A stretch of 63,961 bases of DNA, the filler included, from Stramenopiles sp. TOSAG23-3 (Eukaryota), in NCBI GenBank assembly GCA_900128585.1. It is 13 parts of 13 records of this genome, joined end to end, with 100 filler letters (N's around TTAATTAATTAA, not from the genome) between each part and the next. Parts side by side here need not be neighbours in the genome. Positions count along the whole stretch, not along the records: positions 1 to 7,187 come from LT643190.1; positions 7,288 to 14,470 come from LT643191.1; 11 more parts are not named here. The stretch is one strand, 5' to 3'. A program made the translations under genes and the position numbers. Below the pieces are notes generated by a model that was not told the DNA's origin, did no database searches, and worked only from the letters and a program-made list of their open reading frames with translations. Positions 1 through 10,200 of this stretch are shown in pieces (the first letter of the stretch is position 1; each line of letters starts with the position of its first letter).

Positions 1-283
1 TATATAGACAATGGGAATTAAAATTAAGAAAAATTTAAGAAGGAAATGAATTTATTTAATAAATGGTGAATTTAACTATGTAGACAATGGGAATTAAAAT
101 TAAGAAAAATTTAAGAAGGAAATGAATTTATTTAATAAATGGTGAATTTAAGTATATAGACAATGGGAATTAAAATTAAGAAAAATTTAAGAAGGAAATG
201 AATTTATTTAATAAATGGTGAATTTAACTAGATACACAATGGGAATTAAAATTAAGAAAAATTTAAGAAGGAAATGAATTTAT
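1..283. repeat. AT-rich tandem repeat, 76-bp unit, about 3.7 copies
   Basis: The unit tatatagacaatgggaattaaaattaagaaaaatttaagaaggaaatgaatttatttaataaatggtgaatttaac recurs at 1, 77, 153 and partially at 229. Confidence 0.95.
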
Positions 284-473
284 GTAGTGTATTTGATGTT
301 ACAAGTATAAGGGTGATAGGGATGAAAATAAATTTAAGAAGGAAATGAATTTATGTAGTGTATTTGGTATTACAAGTATAACGTTGATAGGGATGAAAAT
401 AAATTTAAGAAGGAAATGAATTTATGTAGTGTATTTGGTATTACAAGTATAACTTTGATAGGGAATGATTATA
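260..473. repeat. Tandem repeat, 71-bp unit, about 3 copies, sharing a core with the 76-bp array
   Basis: atttaagaaggaaatgaatttatgtagtgtattt...gataggg starts at 261, 332 and 403. The core aatttaagaaggaaatgaattta is common to both arrays. Confidence 0.93.
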
Positions 474-1654
474 AAATTAAGAAAAGCGAGGAAAAGAAGA
501 AGAGAAAAGAAATTTCTATTTTTGAAGTGGACTTGGGTTAATTGTTCCTTAATGAAGAAGAAGGAGGAAAAGTGAAGTTTTGGATTGGATTACGATCAAA
601 TGGATTGAATTTGGTTTATCGGTTTTGATGATGAGGTGAAGATATGGAGGTGTTTTTATAATGGCACAGTATTAAGATTGAATTTTGTATATTGTATTGA
701 ATTCCTTATTGATAAATTATTAATTTCTGGTGGGCGTTTTGATTGTTGATTACATAAACTGTACTTTCCATTCTAGTTAGAGAGGTAGGGTTAGCAAGTT
801 GATCACAACAATTTGTCCAGAAAGAAAGAAAACAAACAAAAACTGGTACAACAATAACACTCTCTACGGAGTTAGAATGGAGGAAGGAAAGGTGCACTGC
901 AAAAACAAAACAAAAGAAGTCAGCCAAGTCACAAAATTGGGCGACTGGGGTAGATAACACTCCGGAGTGACGACATCTTCTTTAACCCAAAAGAGAAGAA
1001 GAACCTCTTACCTACAGCCAATAGATCTAGTGTCATCCTCTGACGAAGATGCAGATAGCGGTGAAGAGGACAATCCTCCAGACGACCCAATTCCTGCAAA
1101 CTACACTGACGATGCTGCTTCAGAACAAGCTTCAAATTCTGACCTCAATGATCATTTCTATCATGGGGGTGAATTGCAAGAGGCCTTCTTTTGAAATACA
1201 CCGGCGCGACACCGGCAGGACTTGGGTGGCTTCACCTCTGGAGCCGCATGAGATATCTCAGATACCATAATCTCTATTTTCACTTTCTTCCGTGGGGGCT
1301 CTTCTACTACTAGATCTTCGAACTCTAACATGGTTATGATATTGTTGAGACAATCGACCACTTCAAAAATATTATCCTCTGGGAAGAGTTGTTGCTTGCA
1401 AAAATCCACCCTAGCCTCGTCGTTTAATTCTAGGCAGCACTTCAATCTGGCTTTCTGGACCAAATCATGTCCGGGGTACTGCGCGTCGCAAAGTACAGGA
1501 CCGCGGTCGGCTCCTACGGCCACTTCTCCTGGAGGTATGCTATGTAATGATTGTTTCTCGTCCACTATGGCCAGTGCATGTATGCACATTGTTATTTGCA
1601 TCTTTCATCGTAAAAATATAAAGCCCCCCAAAGTATTCGATCTCTACGGCTTGT

Positions 1655-1988
1655 TCCATCATTTCCGTTTCACGCATTAGTTTCCACTCCATTGTACTCG
1701 TATTGGTATCGTAATCCATGATGAGGTCTCTGTGCTTGTTGACTGCTAGCGCTGCTGGTAGACGTGTCTGGCATCTGTATCCCGGATGAAGGGAAACGAA
1801 ACCTTTCTCGATCAGGTTGTGTTGGAACCTTGCTGTTGGAAAGGCCTTTTTCCATGCCGGAAGGCAGCGACGTAGCCTTCCGATTGGTGACAAGCTTGCT
1901 GGAACTCTCTTCTCGGTCCGCTCCCATCCATCATTTCCGTTTCACGCATTAGTTTCCACTCCATTGTACTCGTATTGGTATCGTAATC
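1655..1988. repeat. Perfect 62-bp direct repeat (1655-1716 and 1927-1988) bracketing a 210-bp segment
   Basis: tccatcatttccgtttcacgcattagtttccactccattgtactcgtattggtatcgtaatc is present twice. Confidence 0.95.
1717..1926 (-). mobile_element. Fragment resembling the gag/pol junction of a DIRS/Ngaro-type (tyrosine recombinase) retrotransposon
   Basis: The minus strand reads SPIGRLRRCLPAWKKAFPTARFQHNLIEKGF, like the GRL..F..AW...IE.GY motif that starts DIRS RT ORFs. An overlapping frame ends ...RHGKRPFQQQGSNTT*, like a gag C-terminus. No RT catalytic motif is present. Confidence 0.55.
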
Positions 1989-2297
1989 GTATACTTCTTC
2001 TTTTTTAACTCCAACTCCAGTCTAACGATCATTGTAGTGATGATATAAATCTATGCACGTTCTAGCTGGTACCTTAAAAATGTCTTCTATCACATACCAT
2101 GTTAGACCACTCACAATTCGATACAGGTAAATGCATAAACCCTTCGTTACTCCAGTCTGTCAGCTTGTATTTTTTCTACTGGTTGTTCTCTGATAAGAAA
2201 ATCATAAAGGGGAATGCAGGCTGTACTGTCGTGGGTATTTCCCTTCAGATTTAATGAGTGCCAACAAACCCTTCCACTTCTCCTTCTGTACTGTCGT

Positions 2298-2424
2298 GGG
2301 GGGGGGGGNNNNNNNNNNNNNNNNNNNNNNNNNNNNNNNNNNNNNNNNNNNNNNNNNNNNNNNNNNNNNNNNNNNNNNNNNNNNNNNNNNNNNNNNNNNN
2401 NNNNNNNNNNNNNNNNGGGGGGGG
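2298..2424. other. Scaffold gap (108 N, 2309-2416) flanked on both sides by poly-G; the join may be spurious
   Basis: G runs at 2298-2308 and 2417-2424, with a sharp GC shift across the gap. Confidence 0.8.
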
Positions 2425-2828
2425 CACGGAGCACGGCGAGGGGGGAGGGCGAGGAGCGGCACCGTCGGCCGTCGTCGGGCGCTGGGACACTGACGTGGCT
2501 CTCCCCGGAGCGCCTCGCGCCCTTGTACAACCTGTTCCTAGACACGAACCGCCTCCGGCTCCCGGTGGGGGAGGACAACGACATCAGCCAGAAAGCCGAC
2601 ATCTACTCGTTCGGCCTGACCATGTGGGAGATCGGTTCGAGCGAAATACCGTTCAAAACGATGGACTCGTTCACGGCCGGCCAGCAGGTCTTGGAGCACG
2701 ACGTTCGCCCGGACGTGTCCGCGTTCCCCAGACCGTTCGTTGCGCTCCTCAACTCGTGCTGGGCCAGGGACCCGGCCGCCAGGGTGACCGCGGAGGACGT
2801 CGTGATGCTCTTGGAGGGCTTCCAGTGA
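2417..2828 (+). CDS. Protein kinase C-lobe, tyrosine-kinase-like (TKL) group; 5'-partial
   Basis: GTLTWLSPE (subdomain VIII), KADIYSFGLTMWEI (IX), IPF, SCWARDPAAR (XI); stop at 2826-2828. Confidence 0.85.
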
Positions 2829-3209
2829 GGGCGGAAGGTTCGGTTTTGTTGTTGTCTTCTTGTTACCCGAGGATCGTACACCTGTTGGAAATCAAACAGT
2901 TGACCACGAACTAACAAACTTGAGTAGATTCTAAGCTCTGCGCCGTTTCTTCGGGCCGTGCCGATTTCTACAGCGTGGTACGAAGCGTCCACCTCCTGCA
3001 AAACTGGGCATCCCAATCGACCCCTGTGCGCGGGACTTGTCCCTACGTTCATGTCCGAGATCCGTTAAATTTAAACTTCAGGGGAGAAACAAAACGCATT
3101 TTAGTTCGTTCGAAAATGTTGACACGTAAATAATATAAATAATAGTAGCCAGAAAATGCTAGGTATGGAACCATGGTGTACATACAACGTATTACGCAAA
3201 GTGTTACAT

Positions 3210-4025
3210 TTATGCGACCTTCTTCTTCTCCTCTGCTGCTGCTGGGGCTGGCCCAGACGCCTTGGGGGCTGGCGCGGCGCCGGTGGCGGCTCCAGTGGCT
3301 GCGCCGGTCGCCGCGCCGGTCGCCGCTGGGGCTGGCCCAGACGCTCCGCTTTCCCCGCCAGTGGCGCACTTGATGGGCTTCAAGTCCTTGGCCTTGCTAA
3401 GGGCTTCTTTGTGGCTGTTCAAGTCTTCCTTGGTCTTCTCGACGGACTCCTTGGCCTTGTTCAGGGATTCGTCGGCGGCTTCCTTGGCCTTCTTGAACTC
3501 CTTGGCCTGTTTGCTGTCGCTGTCGGCCTTCGCCTTCGCCTCGGCCTCGGCCTCGGCCTTGTCGCGCACCTTGGGGTCGCACTTGAGCCCCTTCGCGCAG
3601 GCGGCCTTGGCGCCGGCGGCGTCCGCGGCTTTCTCCGCGTCGCTCGGCCCGGCGGCGGCTTCCTTCTCCTTCTTGTCGGCCTCCGCGGCGGCCTCCTCGG
3701 CGTTGCCTTCCTTCTTGTCGCCCTTCTTGGCTTCGTTGGCCGCTTCTACTTTGCGCATTTTACCGTCCTCGATCTTTCCGGTCAAGAGGTTCTTCTGCAC
3801 CTTCAAGGCTTGCATTTTCTTCTCGTCCTCTTTGTCTTTCTCCTTCAAATCCTCGATCTTCGACTTGACCTCGTCGCGTTGCTCCTCCAACGTCTTGGGA
3901 TCCGCCTTTCCCGCGGCACCGCTGGCGTCTACGGCGGCCTCCTCCCCGTCCCCACGCAAATACGCGGCGTGCGACACGACTGCCAGGAGCGCCAAGGCTA
4001 CAAAAAGGGCATTCAATAACTTCAT
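3210..4025 (-). CDS. Secreted low-complexity Ala/Lys/Glu-rich coiled-coil protein with AATG repeats
   Basis: Signal peptide MKLLNALFVALALLAVVSHA followed by YLRG, charged helical body, (AATG)4 tail; strong GC3 bias. Confidence 0.8.
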   Translation of the reverse strand: MKLLNALFVALALLAVVSHAAYLRGDGEEAAVDASGAAGKADPKTLEEQRDEVKSKIEDLKEKDKEDEKKMQALKVQKNLLTGKIEDGKMRKVEAANEAKKGDKKEGNAEEAAAEADKKEKEAAAGPSDAEKAADAAGAKAACAKGLKCDPKVRDKAEAEAEAKAKADSDSKQAKEFKKAKEAADESLNKAKESVEKTKEDLNSHKEALSKAKDLKPIKCATGGESGASGPAPAATGAATGAATGAATGAAPAPKASGPAPAAAEEKKKVA

Positions 4026-4442
4026 TTCAAACGAATATAATACTATTTAATGCTACAGGAACGAAACACTAGAATTGTGTGAGAATCTGTCGTCGTACCT
4101 TCCCGCCGCACCTTCCCCACCAGTTTAATTTCTACCATCCCATCGCCCTTTCCAGTGCCCCTTTCGTTCCCCACGCCATGAACACAAATGTTGTTTCCAA
4201 CAAAAAAACACAAAACACAAAAAATTCGGAATTTTTTCTTTTCTTTTTGTAACGCAAATTAAGGGACATAGATATTTATTCATAATAAGTGTTTATATCG
4301 ACACACCATCTAACTATGAGCAGATGTTCGAATTATATTTAATTCAATAGGCAATGTAGTAACACCTAAGTACATATATTTTATATACTTTGTTTCCTAC
4401 ACTTATACACCTTATTCCTTCCGATTCTTTCTTCATTCCCAG

Positions 4443-4565
4443 ATTACATATAGGCGATTAAATAATTAGTATATTACATATATAAATACAAGTACGAATC
4501 AATGATTATATATAGGGTATTAAATTATTACAATACTAGATAAATAAACACAAGTACGAATCAAG
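4443..4565. repeat. Imperfect tandem duplication, about 62-bp unit
   Basis: atta(c/t)atatagg...acaagtacgaatcaa occurs twice, at about 4443 and 4505. Confidence 0.7.
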
Positions 4566-5097
4566 GCCCCCCTCTTTTTAAAGTTCCCAACGGAGCAAAC
4601 CAAACCCTTCCTTCGTCATAAGAACGGTGTATACATAGAAAGTACTCTTATACGTTAGCCTTACTGTCTATTCATTATTCATATGTTGTAAAATATTGCA
4701 GAACCTATTTATGACTGAATATATTAAATGGATAGGTAATGTAAAGGACGTATTGATGAACCTCCTTCTTCTTCTTTGCGAAGTTCTTAGTGGAGGCTAT
4801 CTGTATGTAAATGGATAAAGTACATGGAGTTAATAGAGGGTTGTGTTCGTTGAAATCGTTCGAAGTGAGATTGATTAAAAGAACAATGCTGTGGTTATGT
4901 TGTTTTATATAGTGTCATGTTCCTTAAATTGGATTTGGACAAGAAGAAAAAATTACGACAATAATAAATTATTATTATTGCTTAACTGGAAGTGCAGCAA
5001 ATGGAGCTAACAAATCATTTTCAGCACATATTCTTTGCTGGGGCAAAGTAAGACATGTAGGAGGAGAGATTTCTCATGCCAGGGGGGGGAATTTAAG

Positions 5098-5562
5098 ATG
5101 TACAAAGTTGATAAAACACAAAAACGCTATTCCAGAGAGACAGTGGCCAAATGCTCTTTTAGACGCAACAAAAAGCTCTGGAAGGATAAATTCTTTGGCA
5201 CATTCAACAAAGAGTTCAACCAAAGTCAACTACAGAGAACGCCGATCATACCTGGAACCAATTTGCAACAGACTCAGATGTCAAATGAACATGTCTGTGA
5301 AGAACAAAAACGCACTGACGTTGAAGTATCTCGGTTGTACTTTTTTGGAGTTTACGCAATGGCAGCGAGCGCAGTACCAGAGGGCATGACAGACGATAAC
5401 AAGCAAAACGATCACATGATGCTGGTCCATCATTTCGATATTACAGACCCAGAGCATGTTCGTCGATGTTTCCATAGAAGCAACTACCAGCCACTCCCCA
5501 GGAAAGAAAACATTGCGAAGAACAAGAAGATTATCTACGACATGCAATTTGTCTGTCTGTAG
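5098..5562 (+). CDS. Hypothetical ORF, possibly transposon-derived
   Basis: 154-codon ORF from the ATG at 5098 in a repeat-rich contig; no recognisable domain. Confidence 0.25.
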   Translation: MYKVDKTQKRYSRETVAKCSFRRNKKLWKDKFFGTFNKEFNQSQLQRTPIIPGTNLQQTQMSNEHVCEEQKRTDVEVSRLYFFGVYAMAASAVPEGMTDDNKQNDHMMLVHHFDITDPEHVRRCFHRSNYQPLPRKENIAKNKKIIYDMQFVCL

Positions 5563-5571
5563 TCCGTTGCT

Positions 5572-5823
5572 TCGGGTTTTCTGTTCCACTTTGATGGGTC
5601 GTTCGGATACGCAGTGGGCCAGGCTCAGAACGACCTGCTTCGCTCAGCTACGAGAAGAACTTCCTCGAACCTGTTCGGAAGTTTACCCCAAGCGAGCTCG
5701 GCGAGGTTCTCGCTCTGTGGTGAGGTATCGAATGGGGGTTGGAATGTATACTCGACATCCCCGTCCAGCACCAGACTGTCTTCCTCTACCAACCCACCAC
5801 CGGGCGCTTCGAGGAGACCTAGG
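5572..5823 (+). pseudogene. Degenerate RNase HI-like remnant of a retroelement
   Basis: One frame gives FLFHFDGSFG (first Asp motif). After a frameshift another gives SELGEVLALW*GIEWGLE...TVFLY (Glu helix and third strand) with an in-frame stop. Confidence 0.4.
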
Positions 5824-5968
5824 AACGCCGTTCGAAACTCTGCGTCCGAGCGGTAGGCCGAGCAGAAGCTGTTACTCCCGAACTCTTCATTGCTTTTCTT
5901 TTCATTACTTTTCTTCTTTCTTTGCTTCGAGGAGCCTGTGGAACGCCGTTCGAAACTCTGCGTCCGAG
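5806..5968. repeat. About 45-bp direct repeat (5806-5850, 5924-5968) with a 29-bp perfect core
   Basis: ggaacgccgttcgaaactctgcgtccgag at 5822-5850 and 5940-5968, both preceded by gcttcgaggag. Confidence 0.9.
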
Positions 5969-6853
5969 GTTGGTATATATTTATCTTTTCTACCCCCTGC
6001 TTTGCTCCCAATGCTCCCCTTTCCCACCTCTGAATTTTCTTTCCTGCGCTTGTTCCCCAGTCTCCTACATGTGCTTTAATACCCCCTCAAAGGAATTGGG
6101 CAGAAAATGTGTATTTCTCCCGTTTAATGGCATTGTATGAATAGTCTTCCTTTCTCGTAAATGCTTTTAGTTTCCAATCAAATATCAGTGAGGAGGGTTT
6201 CTTTGATTATTTATTTTTTGTAAAATAAGTCACTTACACCCATAGAGCATTGAAATCTACAATTCAAAACCCTTGATAGGCGAATTATGATATTGTGTAT
6301 ACACATATGAGATACTACAGATACAAAAATATGAACAGAAGATGTTCAATGCTGTGTATATCTACATTGCTAAAGTAGTGTAAAATGGGTCGTTGCATAT
6401 GAACAGAAGATGTTCAATGCTGTGTATATCTACATTGCTAAAGTAGTGTAAAATGGGTCGTTGCAATACTGTTGAAGTGTTAAACAATTCACACACAAAA
6501 GTACAACATCATAGTATACTGTTTGTGTCTTTTTTCCTATACAAATATAGCATACGCCAGTGCTGTGTAGGTGTATAAATCCTCCACCCGGACAATGGAA
6601 ATAGAAAAGGAACCCTCCTCATAAATGGATGTAAGAAGTGCTTTTAATTTATTAGAAATTGACCATAGAAAGTAAGAGTATGTGTACATGTATGAGAAAT
6701 GGGAGAAATACACATTTTCTGGACAATTCCTTTGAGGGGGTATTAAAGCATATATAGGAGACTAGGGAACAAGCGCAGGAAAGAAAATTCAGAGGTGGGA
6801 AAGGGGAGCATTGGGAGCAAAGCAGGGGGTAGAAAAGATATATATGTACCAAC
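5969..6853. repeat. Long inverted repeat: 157-bp arms (5969-6125, 6697-6853) around an AT-rich spacer; foldback/MITE-like
   Basis: The arms are reverse complements with about 8 mismatches by manual count. Weaker symmetry continues inward (tgaggagggtt at about 6188 versus aaccctcctca at about 6611). Confidence 0.92.
6329..6464. repeat. Perfect 68-bp tandem duplication in the middle of the inverted-repeat spacer
   Basis: atatgaacagaagatgttcaatgctgtgtatatctacattgctaaagtagtgtaaaatgggtcgttgc at 6329 and 6397. Confidence 0.95.
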
Positions 6854-7187
6854 ATAGGTAACCCCACTAGCATGGAGAACAGGAATTCTCGGAAGCGCGT
6901 GATCCAGGTGATGAACACGAATCAGCGAAGAAGTCATTTCAGCGATGCCGAAGCGAAAGAAAAGGTTCAGGCCTAGGGGTAAAAGAGGAGGAAAAAAACA
7001 TAGAAAAAAAACTCCTGCGACACCGCCTCCTCCAAGCCCGCCGCCGAATCCGCCACCTCCTCCAAGCAAGAGATCGTATTAATGTTGCTCTTTATGAACA
7101 GGAAAGAGAATCTAGAATTAAACAAGCTATTATCGAAGATAGTGAAGTTAAAGCAGCATTAGTAGCTAGAAAAGGAGATTGGAACCC

Positions 7188-7287
7188 NNNNNNNNNNNNN
7201 NNNNNNNNNNNNNNNNNNNNNNNNNNNNNNNTTAATTAATTAANNNNNNNNNNNNNNNNNNNNNNNNNNNNNNNNNNNNNNNNNNNN
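7188..7287. other. Artificial contig linker N44-TTAATTAATTAA-N44 (first of 12)
   Basis: Identical 100-nt linkers with six-frame stops also lie at 14471, 21754, 29015, 36275, 43530, 50782, 58027, 59215, 60402, 61589 and 62776. Contig lengths run in descending order. Confidence 0.98.
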
Positions 7288-10200
7288 AGAGGCGTTTTCT
7301 GCAAGTACATAGGAAGCGCAGTGTGCCCAAAAGGCCAAACGGGGCGCCCCGTCAAGCCGGAGGATAATAAGAACACATTGCCGCCGGCTGACCCCTGCGC
7401 CGTGTGTCTTATCAACACCTACGCAAGCGAGGCTGGGAATCGGTCGTGCACGGCTTGTGTGCCGGGAAAATTTACACGCCTTTACTCCCAAATCGTACAC
7501 CGCGACCACGAGTCCGATTGTATTGATCCACCGGTTCTCGTCGGCATGTCGCCTGCAATCTTAGAACCGGGAAGACGCACGAACGTCACGCTCAACTGTA
7601 GTGAAGCAATGCCCCCAAATGCGCAATTCAAGGTATTCTCGACCCCGGTAACTTCCGGGCAATACGAGGAATGGACCCATGTCACAAGATCCTCACAGGC
7701 AACCATTACGGCTGCCGTCCCGCTTAATCTTTCGGGCACGGGACACAATTTATATATTACGATGGATGGAATTCCATCCCAAATGTTGAATTTTTCGTTC
7801 CGTGCGCCAAATGTCACAAAGATAGACCGTCCCCGCTCATTGGCCGGGGGGCCGATAACAATCCATGGGCATTATTTTGGAACCAGAGATGACCATATCA
7901 AGGTCGAAGTAAAGCCCGGGGATGGTTGTGAAGTGCCCTGCGAGGACCCTAAACTGGATGGAGGAAATATCACGTGCGAAATGAAGGTAGCCGGATCGTA
8001 CAACACTAAAATGAAAGTGGTCGTTCGTGTCGGCCCGACTGGGTATGAGCAACGGGGCAACGATATATCGTACGAGTACCCTTACGTCGGCGATATCATC
8101 GGGATCCCACTAACCACACAAAAGCAGGATGAGGGGTCAAAACCATTCCCCTATGAGATCAAGTTGACCCTTCAGCCGGAAAATGATGTCACCGTAGTGT
8201 TTAATTCCACGTCGACAACAGAAGACAATTGCACCGTTACCCCTTTGACCCTAACGTTCACGAAAGATACATGGGATCAAAAGCAGGAGGTAAACGTTCA
8301 TTTGAACAACAATTATGTGGACGAAGGCTTCAATGAAATAGCCTATACGTGCAACGTGGAACACAAAATCGATTCGATCGATCCCCTATACAACGATAGC
8401 TCCCCCGAAACACTTACAATCGACGTCCGAAACAACGACGAAGCGGGCGTAACAATTTTGACTGAGGATGAAAGGCACAGTGTCAAGTTTCTTGCCGCCT
8501 TTCTGCAAGAAGGCGAAGCAATGAAGTACAAGGTCAAGTTGAATTCTAAGCCTTTATCTACTGTTGCCGTAAAGCCCACGCCAAACATAAGTGGCGGTTT
8601 TTCTTATCAGGACCGTTTTACCTTGTCTCCGAGATCCGTCGTGTTCAGTGGAAACAATTGGAGCATTGCCCAGCTCATAACAGTAAACGCCGTTGAGGAC
8701 GATATTGACCGTGATTTACTGGAATTGGATATCTACCACGAGGTCCACACCATAGACCCAGTGTTTAGAAACACGACAGATATTAACAAAACTATGATAC
8801 AATGCAGTATTAGCGATGACGACAAAGCGGGGTATGTCGCGACGTTGGACGATACCAAAGTTAACGAAGAAGAAGGCAGTGGCAAAGGCGTTGCCATAAT
8901 TTCCGTCGCTGGCCTTCTCACCGAGCCCCTTTTTGATGTATCGATTTATGCGCAAATTTCCCTGGACTCGCCGACCACGACGGAAATAGTAGGTTCAAAC
9001 CAAAGCATTATTACCAAAGGCAACTGGAACAGAGCTTTCGAATTCAAAATCAAGGTCGGGGATGCCCCTAGGGATACCCCTGAAACATCGTTCGTAACGT
9101 TGCGGGCTGAGAGCAGGGACAAAAATTACAATGGTACAACAAAAACAAAATCTATCCGGCGCTTGCCCAAACTCACAACACCAGAGCGGCCCACGGTGCG
9201 CCGTGCCTTCAAGGGCAATCTAATCGACTTTAAAGCTGAATGGGGCGATCCAAAAGAAAAGGATCCAACAATTTCGTACGAAATACAGCACTCCGAAGAC
9301 AAAACATTCCCAACGGGCAATAAAACTACAACACAGAAGGTGAACGCGACAAATATTCTAATAAGGCTAACCAAATCGATGGCTTCCGCCTCTTTGTACG
9401 TTCGCGCCCGTGCCTTGAAAACGGTCCTAGGGGAAGAGTTGAAATCGGCTTGGTCCGAAGAATCCGAAGAATGGACAATTGGCTCAGATTGTGACTTCAC
9501 GCGTGAATACATGGACACGAAAGATAAAGACCCGGCAAAATGGAAATGCCAACCATGCCCTGAAGGCGCATTTTGTGAAGGGACGGATGTTACATGGGCC
9601 GAGGTCAAAGCCAAGTTCGGTTGGTGGAGAATAACCCCTGCCCCGGCGTTCAGCAATTTTAGTCGCTGCCTGTTTCCCGCGGCTTGTTTGGGAGCTAAAA
9701 ATGATAAATTGAAAGACCAATTTGCAGATGAAAATGGGAAAGACCTTGCCTTGACGATGTACAAGGAAACCTGCAATGAGGAAGCGGGGTATAAACAAAA
9801 TTGCTCCACGACGAAGCGCTGCAGACTGTGCGGGACCTGCATGCCAGGCTATCGGCGTCTGCTTGTTGGGGGCTCGGCAGCGTGCGTCAAGTGTCCTGAA
9901 CAGAACGCGAACAAAGTTCTCATGGGGTTGGGTGTACTGGTCGTCATTGGTGTTCTAGGAATTATGGTCGTGCATCATATGAACAAGGGAGGGCAGAGGT
10001 CTTTGAGAGGCATGCGAAAGCATGTTGTCATAAATTATTTCCAACTCACCTATATGATTGCCAACATGGATGTGCCGTGGCCAAAAGAGTTGCAGGCCAT
10101 ATTTAATGTCGAAGGCGCGGTAAGTTTGAAATGTTGATCGGCAGTAACCTGCCGAGTTGCTGTCTACCCCCCTAGTAACGCTATAATATATACTAACAAT

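Noticed and set aside
1..473. CRISPR-like array (constant 23-bp core with about 50-bp intervals)
   Set aside because: The intervening sequences are near-identical copies, not unique spacers; there are no cas genes and the context is eukaryotic.
706..1680. Short ORFs in contig 1 (e.g. 967-1194 acidic, 1161-1601)
   Set aside because: No recognisable domain, non-ATG starts, and a repeat-derived context.
2147..2602. ORFs spanning the poly-G/N gap, including a fused kinase N-terminus
   Set aside because: They read through 108 N, and poly-G ends are a known sequencing and scaffolding artefact, so the two sides may be unrelated.
7232..7243. Recurring TTAATTAATTAA palindrome at regular 7.2-kb and 1.2-kb spacing
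   Set aside because: It is an artificial six-frame-stop linker centred in N runs; the periodicity reflects length-sorted contigs.
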